Shown: positions 13,427 to 24,629 of the stretch, one piece after another
Layout of the letters: each line of letters opens with the position of its first letter
Position numbering within the stretch: position 1 is the stretch's first letter
Assembly (NCBI GenBank): GCA_032718475.1
Contig: JAUCBJ010008709.1
Location: forward strand, 1 to 64,000
Length of the DNA: 64,000 bases
Reading direction: 5' to 3'
From: Nemertoderma westbladi
Taxonomy: Eukaryota; Animalia; Xenacoelomorpha
Position numbers and translations under genes: made by a program
Notes under the pieces: model-generated
What the model saw: only the letters and a program-made list of their open reading frames with translations
What the model was told of the DNA's origin: nothing
The model's database searches: none

Positions 13427-16400
13427 ATGAGTGTCTCAGACAAGGAGGCACTAGAGGACAGCTATGAGACGGCGGCTGGACCGCCGACTGACGATAGCGT
13501 AAATATTACTGTTGACGACAATGCCGACTATGACGACGCAGCGAGCGACGCTGACGTAAGTGAACAGGAGGACGAGACAGTGACTAGTGAGGAAGAACAG
13601 CAGCCTCAGGTAATAGTATTAGGATCCCCTACCGCTACTGTAAGGAAGGACTGTACAGCAGCCCGGACAGAGGTGAGTGATAGGGAGGGTAGTGTAGCAG
13701 AAGCGAGAGCCCGGAGCCCGGTTTCCAGACCTGTGGGTATGGTAAGTGCCGTGGTCCCAACGGCTGTAAGGAGTACCCGTAGTTCCCGAAATAATCCTTC
13801 AAGTCTACCGAGTGTAAGTCAGGTAAGTGATAGAAAGTTCGACACTGCGATAAAGAAGAAACTTCGCGCGCACGCCGGACATATAACCCGGACGGCGGAC
13901 AAGGTAAGGAAAATGTTAGCCGACTCAGCGAACATCGGGAGGGTAGAGTTAGTAGAGATTAGAAGAGGATATAACTCAGCGTTATTCAAGCAGACGGAGG
14001 AGCTTGCAGTCCTAGCGAAGAAGGCAGTAGAGTCTCAGTCGAGCGACGTGGTGACGAGGATTTACGACAGGGTTTTAGCAGCCTTGTTGGAGCACCGCGA
14101 GTTATCGGAGCGATTCCGACGAATTAGGACGGAGAACTGGCTGCTATGGGCATCACAAGCGCAGGCGACTCAGGTGAGTGACGCAGAGTTGAGAGACTTA
14201 GTGGAGCGAGAAGAGATCCAGGATAAAGAGGAGCGCCGTTATCAGAGGGAAGTTACTAGCTGGCTGATGCAGAATGGAGTGGTGGTACCGGGTCAGGTGC
14301 TACCGACGACGGAGAACATTCAACAGAGGACGTTGACTCCACCCGACGACGCATCCAGAGACAGCGGCGATTCCCAGGTTAGTCACGCGCGAGGTAAGGT
14401 TATATGTGCTAGATCCCTTGTTTCGCACAACTGGGCGGAGGAGAGAAGACGCCGACTAGACGAACAGCAGGCGGAAGTTTTGCGTGCATCGGAAGCACGG
14501 AAGGAAGCCGAGCGGGAACGCGAGCGCACACGTAAGTTAGACGCAAAGTTGCGAGAGTTGGAAGAGAAAGGTAAGCGTGAACAAGCGGAACGCGAACAGG
14601 AAGAACGCGAACTCCAACTCCAACGCGAACGCGAAGAACGCGAACTGCAACTCCAATGCGAAGAACGCGAACTCCAACTCGAACGCGAGCGCAAGGAGCG
14701 CGAACTTGAGCGCGAGAGGGAGCGACGGGCGTTGTATGAAGAGAAGGCGCGTGTGGAAGAAGAGGGCGCAGCGAGACGAGCGAGGGAAGAAGAAGAACGT
14801 AAACTGGCGCAGTTGGAAAGTGCGAGATTAAGTTTAGAGAGCGAAGAACGGACTAGGAAGGCGAACGAAATCGCCGAGAAGGGGATGCGAATGATCGAAG
14901 AATGTGGGGCGAGTGTAGGGACTGAGTTGCGAGAACTGTTCGCACTGCAGAAGGCCGAACAGGAAGCGAGAACTCCGACTATACGCGAGTCGACGACGAC
15001 CAGAATTCCTATACCCGGTCCAGCTATTACGAGTACACGGATCGCTAAACCATTCTCTACATATCGCACGCCAGTTGGTATTAGTGCTTCACCTATCGCG
15101 CAGAATCCACGGCATCAGAACATCGCACCACTACACACCGAACACGACGATGAAGAGTTTAGAGAAACTCCGACGGGACGAGTATTGGGCGAACCGAACC
15201 CGCGGGTTTGGAATACGCGGACGGAGCGCCGACCCAGTTCGACGGAGAACTTCCGGGTTAAACCGGAAGAGGGATCATATGAGAGACAGCGGATTACTCA
15301 GATAGAGCCGACTATACAACAGAACCCTAGCCAGGAATTTATTACGAGGGATGAGTTAAGTGCTAGTTTAGCGCAAGCTATATCGCCGCACATCCAACCT
15401 ATAACGGACATGCTTAGCAACCTACGGTTAAAGGAAGCAGCCCAGGTAAGAAGTAATTCTAATCCCAGCAGGCCTGAGTTAGATAAAGTCCAGCCTAGTC
15501 AACGAGTATGCATATCGGAGGAGACTATACCACATAGACCTCAGGTAAGGACGCCTGTCCCGAATATTCATAATCCCAACTTCGAAAATTCGGCCGAGAA
15601 ATTTATACAAGATGCTTGGGTCAGGGCCTCGGCGCGCAAACCATCGCGAGCGCTAAGGACTGACACCGAGTCAAGCGATGAAGAGGAAGAAATGAGACGT
15701 CAGAAGTCCCGAAACTATAAGGAAAGAAGGACCGACGCGGAGCAGGTAAGTTGGAACCACCGGGAAAGGACCAGACTTAATAACCCTGCAGAACTAAACC
15801 ATTTGTTAACCCGGAACGACGCAACCCTTAGGGACATAGGTAAGTTTGCTGCTAGGCAAGGACTGCCGACGCAACAACCCCAGAAGTTTATGGGCAACCA
15901 TAAGCATTGGAGGACCTTCAAAACCTATGTCGACGAGCAGCTAACCAACAGCACCTTTACTCCCAACGAGAAGTTCAACTATTTGCTTCAGATGCTCCAT
16001 CGAGAACCTAGAGCCATTGCTGATAACTTCGTCGGCAATGAAAGGGCATTCGAGTTAGCGATGAAGACGCTTAGTGACATCTACGGGAATAAAACGAAGA
16101 TGGCGCAGTCGATAGTGGAAGACTTGGGTAAGGGCGGAAGGATTACAACTCCGTTAGAGCTGTTGAACTTAGCGAACGCTATTTCAAACGCATTGGACAT
16201 CTTGAGGACGGTGAATCTACCTCATCATGGTGATCACGCCGAAGTTTTAAAGAGCGTAATAAGACGTCTAAACATGCGTTACCGACAGAAATGGCGTAAA
16301 TTAGAGAATAAGTTGGAGGGCCAAGGTAAAGTATTGACACTTCAGCATATTCATGACATGATAGCCACAGACGCAGTAGCAGAGATGAAATCAAACTTCT

Positions 16401-19400
16401 CAGAAGAGAATATGAGGGAGTCTAAACCTGTTACCGGTAAGTCTATGGTAAGTTTTGACGATGACAGGACCACTGTGACATTTAACTCGGTAGACAGATA
16501 TAATTCGAGTACCCCAGCCTTTAGATCAGACTCGCGAGTATGGTCAGGTGAGCGGTTAGATAGACCTAGGTTAAAGCAACAGGAGTTGCCGGATGGATTT
16601 GTAGGTTGCCAATACTGTTTACTAAAGGAGGTAAGATCTGACGACCATAAGTTAGATAGTTGCAGACGGTTCAAAGAATTAAATTCGGAACAGAGAAGAG
16701 TTCAAGTGTGGACGTTGGACACCTGTTGGGCATGTCTTGCGCCATGCCATGTACGGCGGCAGTGCCCGAACAGCAAGGACGGATGCATGGAATGCGGCAG
16801 ACTACATCACAAGTTGCTACATGCGGATTTCCATACCCCAACGGACCGTTACTTACAGCGAAATCCTCAAAGGAAGGGGAGCAAAGAACCCGTATCGATA
16901 AGAAGGAATACGTATACCGGCATTCAAGACGATGGTTACCAACCAGGTTCGTCGGGCGAGGATGGCGAGTCGAGCGCGAGAGAAGTGACCTGCCAAGGTT
17001 TCACCGCGGATAGTTCATCGACCAGCGCACGGACGTATTTATCATCGGCCACGTCGGAAATATTTAGCGTGATTCCGGTGAAACTCACTGGCGATAAGGG
17101 ATCGAAGCGAATATATGTGATGTTGGACACTGCCCAAATAGAGTTGAAGTCTATGCATGGGGTAGGAGACCTCAAGGGACACAGAATTTCGGTAGAACTA
17201 GATTCCCTACTTCCGAGAGACCAACACACTCGACAAGAACGGAAAGCTTTGCCATTGGACGGATTTAAGTGTCTAGCTATGAAGGGATTCGGCAGGCAGT
17301 TAGGTAAGGTGCCGCCGATGAGTCCCATAGCACAGGAGTATTTTGACAAGCTCAGGATACCCAGACACCAGGTAGGTTATAGGAATGTTTCTATGTTAAT
17401 TGGTGCAGAACAGCTGATCGCACACCAGATATGGGAAACGAGACCAGCTGAGCCGCATGTCAATGGACCACATGCCCATAGGACTATACTAGGTTGGTAT
17501 ACACGAGTACCCATGTCTTATGAGTTTACAGGTGGCGACAAGCCAATGGACAGATACGACGAATTACAGCCTATAATTCAACCACCGTTAGTAGAACCAC
17601 CAGACATAGACGAGTTTAGGAGAACCTGTATTGACCACTATAGTGACTTTAGCGAGTCGGACGAGGAGTTGATTCCCGATAATGTTAGGTTGTCGGAACC
17701 ACTTCACAACGACCGGACAGATAGTGAACCCGAGGACTACTGTTATCAGACCCGTGGGTCTGGTTCAGCGGCCCATGCTACCTATTTGACTAACGTTTTG
17801 ACTTATACAGACATAGTGGAGGGTCAAGTGGCTAAATATCGAGACCTAGACATTTTCCAATACAGTGAGGAGGAGCTACAGAAGGAATTGATACGCCAGG
17901 ACCTCGAGACAGGAGCCAGAACCGTCGAATGGCTGGATAGGGACGCAATGGAACCCGGTGGATATGACCTAGCCATGTCTACTGATGAGAAGCGGTCGCT
18001 GGAGATGATGGAAGATACCATACGTCTACTACCGACTGGACATTTTGAAGTTGGAATTTTGTGGCGTCGACAACCTCCTAAGTTGGAAAACAACTACAAC
18101 TTAGCCTTGAAAAGATTAAACGGAGTAAGGGCTCGGTTGTTGAGGAATCCAGACATTAGGGAGAAGTATTGCGCCCAGATCAACAACTATTTCGCCAAGG
18201 GATTTGCTGGGAAGGTAGAGGACCCTGACTTAGTGACAGACCAGACTTATTACCTTCCACACCACTATGTGACTCACCCTGACAAACCAGACAAAGTCCG
18301 AGTAGTCAACGACTGCGCAGCAGTCTATAGAGGTATGTCCCTGAATTCAGAGTTGATGGATGGTCCCAACCTGAATAACTATTTGATAGGAATACTGTTG
18401 CGTTTTAGACAGCGGCGATTCGCATTTACTTGTGACATCGAGGCGATGTTCCACCAGGTAAGAGCCTGTAAGGCAGACCAGGATAGCCTTCGCTTTCTCT
18501 GGTACGAGAATGAAGACTTATCCGGCCCAGTGGTTACATACCAAATGTACGTTAGGATATTTGGCGCCCGCGATAGTCCGAATGGCACGCTGTTCGTTTT
18601 AAAGAAAACGGCAACAGCCCAGATTGGTAAGTATCCAGTAGAAGTAATCGAGTCCATCTTGAGAAACTTCTATATGGACGACGGATTGGTGTCCAAGGAC
18701 ACGGCGGAACAAGCCATAGAAGTGGCTCACGGCCTGCAAGAGTGCTTGGCTACAGGGGGATTTCCTCTGACCAAGTTCACTACAAACTCGGAGGCCCTAT
18801 TAGAGTCGTTCCCGGTAAAAGATCGCGGGAGCGGAGACATAGAATTGGGGGTAGAACCAATCCCCATGGCGCGAGTACTGGGACTCGCTTGGAACCCGAA
18901 CTCAGATAAGTTCCAGGTAAGAGTTAGATTTGAGCCCAGTAGCCCAGACAAAGTTTTGACTAAGAGGATTTGCTTATCGACATTAAGTAGACTATTTGAC
19001 CCGATGAACTTTATCAGTCCGGTTATATTACAGGCACGAGCGTGCATGAGGAAAATTTGGTTGTCCGACCTAGAGTGGGACGAACCAATATCTCCTATAC
19101 ATGCAAAGCAGTGGAGGGAGTGGGAAGCCGAGTTACATCTATTGAAAAATATAGATGTACCCCGTTCCTACTTTCCGAATCAGCTGGTATTCCCAGCTGA
19201 TTTAGAGCTCCACCTATTTAGTGACGCAAGTGACACCGGCTTTGGTATGGTAGCCTACCTTCGCCGAGAGGTAAGTCAGGACAAGTTTGAGACGGCCTTT
19301 GTGACTTCTAGATCAAAGACAATGCCGGTCAAATATATGACTGTCCCTCATGCAGAGTTACAGGCGGCTGTAGTTTCAGTCGAGGTAAGTAAGCAGATAA

Positions 19401-21625
19401 CTGAGGAGTTAGACACGACATTGACCTTATTCTATTGGACGGACGCATCCTTAGTGTTAGTATACATTGCGGCCGACAATATTGCACTAAAGACATTTGT
19501 GGCCAATAGACGCGCTCAGATCGTTGACTTTTCGACGAAGGAACAATGGAGACATTGTCCGGGAGTGTTGAACCCGGCCGACATAACTTCGAGAGGTGCA
19601 ATGCCGGCGGAATTTTGTCAGGAAGAGTCGCAGGAGTTTTGGTTGCATGGACCTGATTTTCTAACGAGGACACAGGAACATTGGCCAGAGCGACTAAAGA
19701 TAGTGACCAATCCGATGCCTGAAGATGCAGAAGTCAAAGTGGAGAAAGTCTCTAAGTCGAAGTCTAAAGCCAAACTCAAGTCATTGGAGCGGCCTGAAGA
19801 GTCATTGGAGCGGCCCGGAGACCTGTCAGACCTACAGACTTACGTGACTACTAGGTCAGGAAGGGTAAGTTATGACATAAAACCACCCTTACAGACTAGA
19901 CGACAGTCACAGTTGGTAAGTGACGGACAGAAAATGACCGACACAATGGAGTCTTTGGTTTCCAAACCTGCGGGTTTGGATTCGAAACTTCCATTAGTTA
20001 GCGGACAACCGTCGCTGGCATTAGAGTCATGCAGTGTTTATGACAAATTACTAAATTCGTCTGCCTCTTGGCTGACAATTTGTAAAAGAACTGCGTGGTT
20101 AAGCCGATACATTTTGTACCTTTGTTTAAAACATTCGGAACATTTGAGAGAACCATTGAGCACCAATAGTGAGCGAATTCGGAAATTTAAACAACCTCTG
20201 ACAGAGGATGAGATTGATCAAGCGGAATTAAAGCATTTGAAACACTATCAAATGTGTGCCTTCCCGAAAGAATTCCATCTATTATCGGCTCAACGACCAG
20301 TTCTCTATAAACCCCTTAGAAAATGGAGTCCATTAATCCATAAGGGTTTAATTTGTCATAGATCGAGAATCCAGACTGTCGACATAAACTCACAGTTTCG
20401 GTTCCCAGTGATAATCCCTAGTCACCCAATAGAATTGCAAAGAGCGATTCTATGGGATATACACAAGCGGTTACATCACGCGGGAAGGTTACACTGTTTG
20501 TCGGCAGCGAGACAGCGATTCATTCTATTGCAGCCAAGCAGGGCAGTAGGTACTATGTATGACGCCTGTCTGGTTTGCAAGAGGGTGAACGCCAGAGTAT
20601 TGGAACAGGAGATGGCTGAACTCCCGGAAGCGAGAGTACAGGCATATGACCCACCCTTTACGAACACAGGGGTGGACTGTTTTGGTCCGATTGAAGCAAA
20701 GAGTGGACGGCTGACCCACAAGCGATGGGGTCTGCTACTGACATGCATGGCTAGTAGAGCCATACACATTGAGCGTGTGGCAGACATGTCGACCAAATCT
20801 CTGCTCCTGGCCTTAAAGAGATTTATGGCCAGGAGAGGACTAGTAAAGGCATTCTACTCCGATAAGGGTACAAACTTTGTCGGAGGGAATAGCGAGTTGA
20901 ACGCGGCTCATAAAGCGGCACAGAATAAGGAAATTTCTGCAGCACTTTTGCCGCAACGAGTAGAGTGGAGATTTAATACTCCAGAAAGTCCTTGGAGAGG
21001 AGGAAGTTGGGAGCGTTTAGTTCGCTCTGTAAAGCAGGCCATTGCTAAGACGTTGCCTGTAAATAAACAACTTACCGACGACGAACTGGTCACAGCTTTC
21101 ATCGAAATCGAGCATACCCTAAACTCGAGGCCGATAGCTATGTTGCCAGACGGTGTTGCATTAACGCCGAATCATTTGCTAATGCAGAGTCCAGCATTTC
21201 TTGTGCCGGCATCAGAACCCATTAGTGCCGACCTATATAGTCGTAAAAGCTGGAAAGTGACACAGTTTGTGGCGTACACATTCTGGGAATATTGGCGGGA
21301 ATATTATCTTCCCACCATATCCACCAGAACAAAGTGGTACAAAACGGTTCGGAGTCTCCAAAGGGGAGATTACGTATTGATAACCAAACCGATTGTCAAG
21401 AGAAAGTATTGGGAGACTGGAGTGATCTTGCACACACACCCAGACGTGCAAAACATAGTGCGCACAGTCACTGTGAAAATTAGGTGCAAGTGTCCGCACC
21501 CAAAGAAGTGTAAAACTAATGGTTTACACACCTTGGACCGACCAGTCCAAGATATCGTGTTATTAGAGGAGACACGTATCGAGACGGGAGATTATAATTT
21601 GTCTCCTGCCTCAAAACATAATTAG
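13427..21625 (+). CDS. BEL/Pao Gag-Pol polyprotein (coiled coil, DUF1759-like Gag, three Cys/His knuckles, protease with in-frame deletion, RT, Pao RNase H, integrase)
   Basis: 2732-aa ORF; YYLPHH..KVRVVNDCAA, DIEAMFHQV, FYMDDG (RT); HLFSDAS, FVANR, NPADITSRG (RNase H); HHAG..C..C, GVDCFGP, YSDKGTNF, GGSWERLV (integrase). Confidence 0.97.
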   Translation: MSVSDKEALEDSYETAAGPPTDDSVNITVDDNADYDDAASDADVSEQEDETVTSEEEQQPQVIVLGSPTATVRKDCTAARTEVSDREGSVAEARARSPVSRPVGMVSAVVPTAVRSTRSSRNNPSSLPSVSQVSDRKFDTAIKKKLRAHAGHITRTADKVRKMLADSANIGRVELVEIRRGYNSALFKQTEELAVLAKKAVESQSSDVVTRIYDRVLAALLEHRELSERFRRIRTENWLLWASQAQATQVSDAELRDLVEREEIQDKEERRYQREVTSWLMQNGVVVPGQVLPTTENIQQRTLTPPDDASRDSGDSQVSHARGKVICARSLVSHNWAEERRRRLDEQQAEVLRASEARKEAERERERTRKLDAKLRELEEKGKREQAEREQEERELQLQREREERELQLQCEERELQLERERKERELERERERRALYEEKARVEEEGAARRAREEEERKLAQLESARLSLESEERTRKANEIAEKGMRMIEECGASVGTELRELFALQKAEQEARTPTIRESTTTRIPIPGPAITSTRIAKPFSTYRTPVGISASPIAQNPRHQNIAPLHTEHDDEEFRETPTGRVLGEPNPRVWNTRTERRPSSTENFRVKPEEGSYERQRITQIEPTIQQNPSQEFITRDELSASLAQAISPHIQPITDMLSNLRLKEAAQVRSNSNPSRPELDKVQPSQRVCISEETIPHRPQVRTPVPNIHNPNFENSAEKFIQDAWVRASARKPSRALRTDTESSDEEEEMRRQKSRNYKERRTDAEQVSWNHRERTRLNNPAELNHLLTRNDATLRDIGKFAARQGLPTQQPQKFMGNHKHWRTFKTYVDEQLTNSTFTPNEKFNYLLQMLHREPRAIADNFVGNERAFELAMKTLSDIYGNKTKMAQSIVEDLGKGGRITTPLELLNLANAISNALDILRTVNLPHHGDHAEVLKSVIRRLNMRYRQKWRKLENKLEGQGKVLTLQHIHDMIATDAVAEMKSNFSEENMRESKPVTGKSMVSFDDDRTTVTFNSVDRYNSSTPAFRSDSRVWSGERLDRPRLKQQELPDGFVGCQYCLLKEVRSDDHKLDSCRRFKELNSEQRRVQVWTLDTCWACLAPCHVRRQCPNSKDGCMECGRLHHKLLHADFHTPTDRYLQRNPQRKGSKEPVSIRRNTYTGIQDDGYQPGSSGEDGESSAREVTCQGFTADSSSTSARTYLSSATSEIFSVIPVKLTGDKGSKRIYVMLDTAQIELKSMHGVGDLKGHRISVELDSLLPRDQHTRQERKALPLDGFKCLAMKGFGRQLGKVPPMSPIAQEYFDKLRIPRHQVGYRNVSMLIGAEQLIAHQIWETRPAEPHVNGPHAHRTILGWYTRVPMSYEFTGGDKPMDRYDELQPIIQPPLVEPPDIDEFRRTCIDHYSDFSESDEELIPDNVRLSEPLHNDRTDSEPEDYCYQTRGSGSAAHATYLTNVLTYTDIVEGQVAKYRDLDIFQYSEEELQKELIRQDLETGARTVEWLDRDAMEPGGYDLAMSTDEKRSLEMMEDTIRLLPTGHFEVGILWRRQPPKLENNYNLALKRLNGVRARLLRNPDIREKYCAQINNYFAKGFAGKVEDPDLVTDQTYYLPHHYVTHPDKPDKVRVVNDCAAVYRGMSLNSELMDGPNLNNYLIGILLRFRQRRFAFTCDIEAMFHQVRACKADQDSLRFLWYENEDLSGPVVTYQMYVRIFGARDSPNGTLFVLKKTATAQIGKYPVEVIESILRNFYMDDGLVSKDTAEQAIEVAHGLQECLATGGFPLTKFTTNSEALLESFPVKDRGSGDIELGVEPIPMARVLGLAWNPNSDKFQVRVRFEPSSPDKVLTKRICLSTLSRLFDPMNFISPVILQARACMRKIWLSDLEWDEPISPIHAKQWREWEAELHLLKNIDVPRSYFPNQLVFPADLELHLFSDASDTGFGMVAYLRREVSQDKFETAFVTSRSKTMPVKYMTVPHAELQAAVVSVEVSKQITEELDTTLTLFYWTDASLVLVYIAADNIALKTFVANRRAQIVDFSTKEQWRHCPGVLNPADITSRGAMPAEFCQEESQEFWLHGPDFLTRTQEHWPERLKIVTNPMPEDAEVKVEKVSKSKSKAKLKSLERPEESLERPGDLSDLQTYVTTRSGRVSYDIKPPLQTRRQSQLVSDGQKMTDTMESLVSKPAGLDSKLPLVSGQPSLALESCSVYDKLLNSSASWLTICKRTAWLSRYILYLCLKHSEHLREPLSTNSERIRKFKQPLTEDEIDQAELKHLKHYQMCAFPKEFHLLSAQRPVLYKPLRKWSPLIHKGLICHRSRIQTVDINSQFRFPVIIPSHPIELQRAILWDIHKRLHHAGRLHCLSAARQRFILLQPSRAVGTMYDACLVCKRVNARVLEQEMAELPEARVQAYDPPFTNTGVDCFGPIEAKSGRLTHKRWGLLLTCMASRAIHIERVADMSTKSLLLALKRFMARRGLVKAFYSDKGTNFVGGNSELNAAHKAAQNKEISAALLPQRVEWRFNTPESPWRGGSWERLVRSVKQAIAKTLPVNKQLTDDELVTAFIEIEHTLNSRPIAMLPDGVALTPNHLLMQSPAFLVPASEPISADLYSRKSWKVTQFVAYTFWEYWREYYLPTISTRTKWYKTVRSLQRGDYVLITKPIVKRKYWETGVILHTHPDVQNIVRTVTVKIRCKCPHPKKCKTNGLHTLDRPVQDIVLLEETRIETGDYNLSPASKHN

Positions 21626-22358
21626 TGTTAGACGCAACTCACTTCGTATGCATTCCTCGTATGCAAATACAAGGAAATGCATAGGAGCGGGGTTGTGGTG
21701 ATTTGCGTTGAGTTTTGTCTGGTGGGTATCAAAACAAAATTTTATTTCAAAAATTTTGGAAAATTAAAAATTTTAAAATTAGAAGTGAACCCAAGACAAT
21801 TCCAGATGCTGTGTATAGACGCGTTTTAGAATTCGTCTATAGATAAACAGTAATTTGAAAAGTCGTGAAGCCTGGAAAATAGCATTTAGAAACCATGGTG
21901 ACGGCTATATTACGTAGGAGTGTAAATTGTGCCAACAGTGCAACTAAGGTGCTAAAGGTTAGTAGCACCAGAGGCGTACATGGACCCCACTCAGTAGTTT
22001 GCAGTGATGTGTGATATTCGATTATCAAACCTGTGGGTTTGGTATAGTCGAGTATTGTGGCTATGGTCCTTTCTAACTACTGTAGTTTAGTACGAGTAAT
22101 GGGAGTAGTTTGGGCATCAAAAAGTGAGTTGGTCACGGCCAGTTTATCTCCAAAGTTTTTGCGCTATGCATGGGAATAGGTTAGAGGATAGTTAGGAAGA
22201 GACGGGATCTAGAGAGTCGAACCTGAACTGCTGGAAGGCAGCTGGAAGGGGGGTTCGGGAGGTCTGTCCTTCGGCGACATCTAACTGATTTACCCACAGT
22301 GTAATTGGTTACGTAACGGCACTTATTGGGATATATATATGTATATACGCGGGGCATA

Positions 22359-23378
22359 ATGGAGAAGGATATTAGAGCGCAACCGCGCAGAGGATTTACT
22401 GCCGGAGAGGAGGCGGAGTTACCATTCGCGCGACCGGGATGTAAAGATTCGAACGTTTACTACCATGGGCGGTCGGTGATGGAGCTAAATGGAAAATACA
22501 AGCCAAGTTATGATAAAGAATTACGGAGGGAAAGAATGAGAGCATTGGGGGACCGGATGGAAGTTTTGCGGAGAGAGTATCGCACGCGGTATCCCTACGA
22601 CTTCGCTTTGGACGTGTGTGACATTAGCGCAGATCCGGACTAGGAAATCGCACGACTATACCATATGAATATGTATTTACGACATGAGGAGCCTCTACCT
22701 GCAGTCCGAGATCAGTTCGACGGAATGCATCTGTATCGGAGGACTCGAGGCGAGGATCAGGAGACGCCGAAGGTCTTCAGCGTATACAAGCTCTTCTACA
22801 AGTGTGGTGAATGCATGAATAAGCAGGACATAGCGATTCCCGACCGACTAGACGAGCAACATCCAGAACCGATATTAACGCGTTGTCAAGCTCACCAGTT
22901 CCTTAGATATAACGAGGGAGGTTACCCGATGAGCGACCCGATGATCAGTATCGACTTTAGCGGAAGGCGACCTCCGAGACCCATTACGCCGACCGTTACG
23001 ACATTAGATCCGTATACGGAGATTAAACCCTGTTCGACACCCAGTTTGATAGAGACGGCAGCGGCCATTTCGCTGTACCGAGCCTATAAGGATCTAGAGG
23101 CGCGGCGCGAAGCGGCGCGGGACTCGGGTACCAAACCCGCGGGTTTGGAGCTCTCGAGTCCCTGGACTGCGTTTACTTCACTTCACCAGGAGAGGAAACT
23201 CACGCCTGAGTATCCAGACGAGATTCGCGCCATCCATCCGTCTACTAACCACACCCACGATCCACGGTTTATACGATATTTACTCCAAATTATTTCGGGA
23301 AGTTTCGACGCACGTATTATTAAGCCCGAATCTGTCCAATCCTTTATATATCATCGTCGCTCTGATATATACGTCTAG
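22359..23378 (+). pseudogene. Extra 3' ORF of BEL-1, unknown function (about 340 codons with one internal in-frame TAG at 22641-22643)
   Basis: ORFs 22326-22643 and 22665-23378 share a frame and are separated by one stop plus 7 sense codons; GC-richer than the flanks. Confidence 0.55.
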
Positions 23379-24629
23379 ATTTATTACCCAGCGCACAATT
23401 GGCGGCCTAAGGAGACTCGTTTGGGGTCATTGACCTCTGAACGAGTGGAGGATCAGGACCGCCGCGCCCACAGCGACAACAGCCGGAGCTCACAGCTCGT
23501 GGCAAGTACCAGAAGGAGGAGTCCTTGGCAAGCGTCAAGCCAAGGACGAGCAGTTCTATTCGACGGTTGAAGAAAAGGAGTTGGCGGAGGCGCCCACAGG
23601 GACACGGCAAATGGGACGAGGCCGAGGGAGGAGCACCAGTCGGGAGATAGTCGGTGCCCAGGGAACGTCGTCGCCGGTTCCGGGAAGTGACGCCTCAAGG
23701 ACGCCGTCAACAGAGTCTACAGGGGGTAGACTGGTGTATCTGGAGAGGGGAGCGAGCCCGAGAGACCCAGGAGCTAGCCGATGAGACTATAATATCACGG
23801 AGCGACAAACTCTAGACATATACATCATCGTCGCTCTGATGTATATCGTAGGTTTTGATCAATCATTCGACTGGACTCATATACACTAGTCGTATCCATG
23901 TTTTAGAATTTTATTTTCGAAGGCCGAAAAATATTGAAAGGAAATACTTTTATTTTGTAGTCCGATTGGAAATAGTAAATACTTTAACTATATTTGATTT
24001 TGTGTATATGACTTTATTTGCTCTAAAGTTTATTGAAAGAGGCAAAGGAAGTGATTGGGGAGACAAACCCGCGGGTTTGGCTTACTCCTATCACTTACCT
24101 GAGCAATCATCAAACCAAGATGATTTGCGTTTTTTATAAGAAATTAAGTAAAGTCCGAAAATGAAAGAAATTATTACGTATTTTATATTTAATTTGATTA
24201 TCGGCCTTTAATGCAATACGTTTATATTTAGTTTATCTTGTTAATGTTGATCGTTAATTTGAGATGGGAAATGGGGGACATTGTCCTAGCCATGTTCCAT
24301 TTCAATAGGTAGACCGTCAATTTGTAAATAAATAAAGGAAGTAATATTTTGTATATTTAATTTGTATGTAGTAATCATTATGTAGAACGAACGAGAAACA
24401 ATATTTGGTAAATTTAATTTGTATGTAATAATCGTTAACATTGAAAGAGATAATATTTGTAAATTTAATTTGTATGTAATTCATTATGCAATATCTATAG
24501 CAATATTTGTAAATAGTAGAATTATTGTGTTATTTAGATTAGTTGGAAGAAATTTATTTTGTTTTGTATACATCACCTTATACTCTTCTACAATTGGAGG
24601 GAAACATTATATGATTTCCCTTGGAGCGG

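Noticed and set aside
14383-15069. Antisense Ser/Arg-rich ORFs opposite the Gag coiled coils (also 33311-33805)
   Set aside because: Shadow frames of repetitive Glu/Arg codons
22326-23378. env gene call for the accessory ORFs
   Set aside because: No visible signal peptide, furin site or transmembrane anchor
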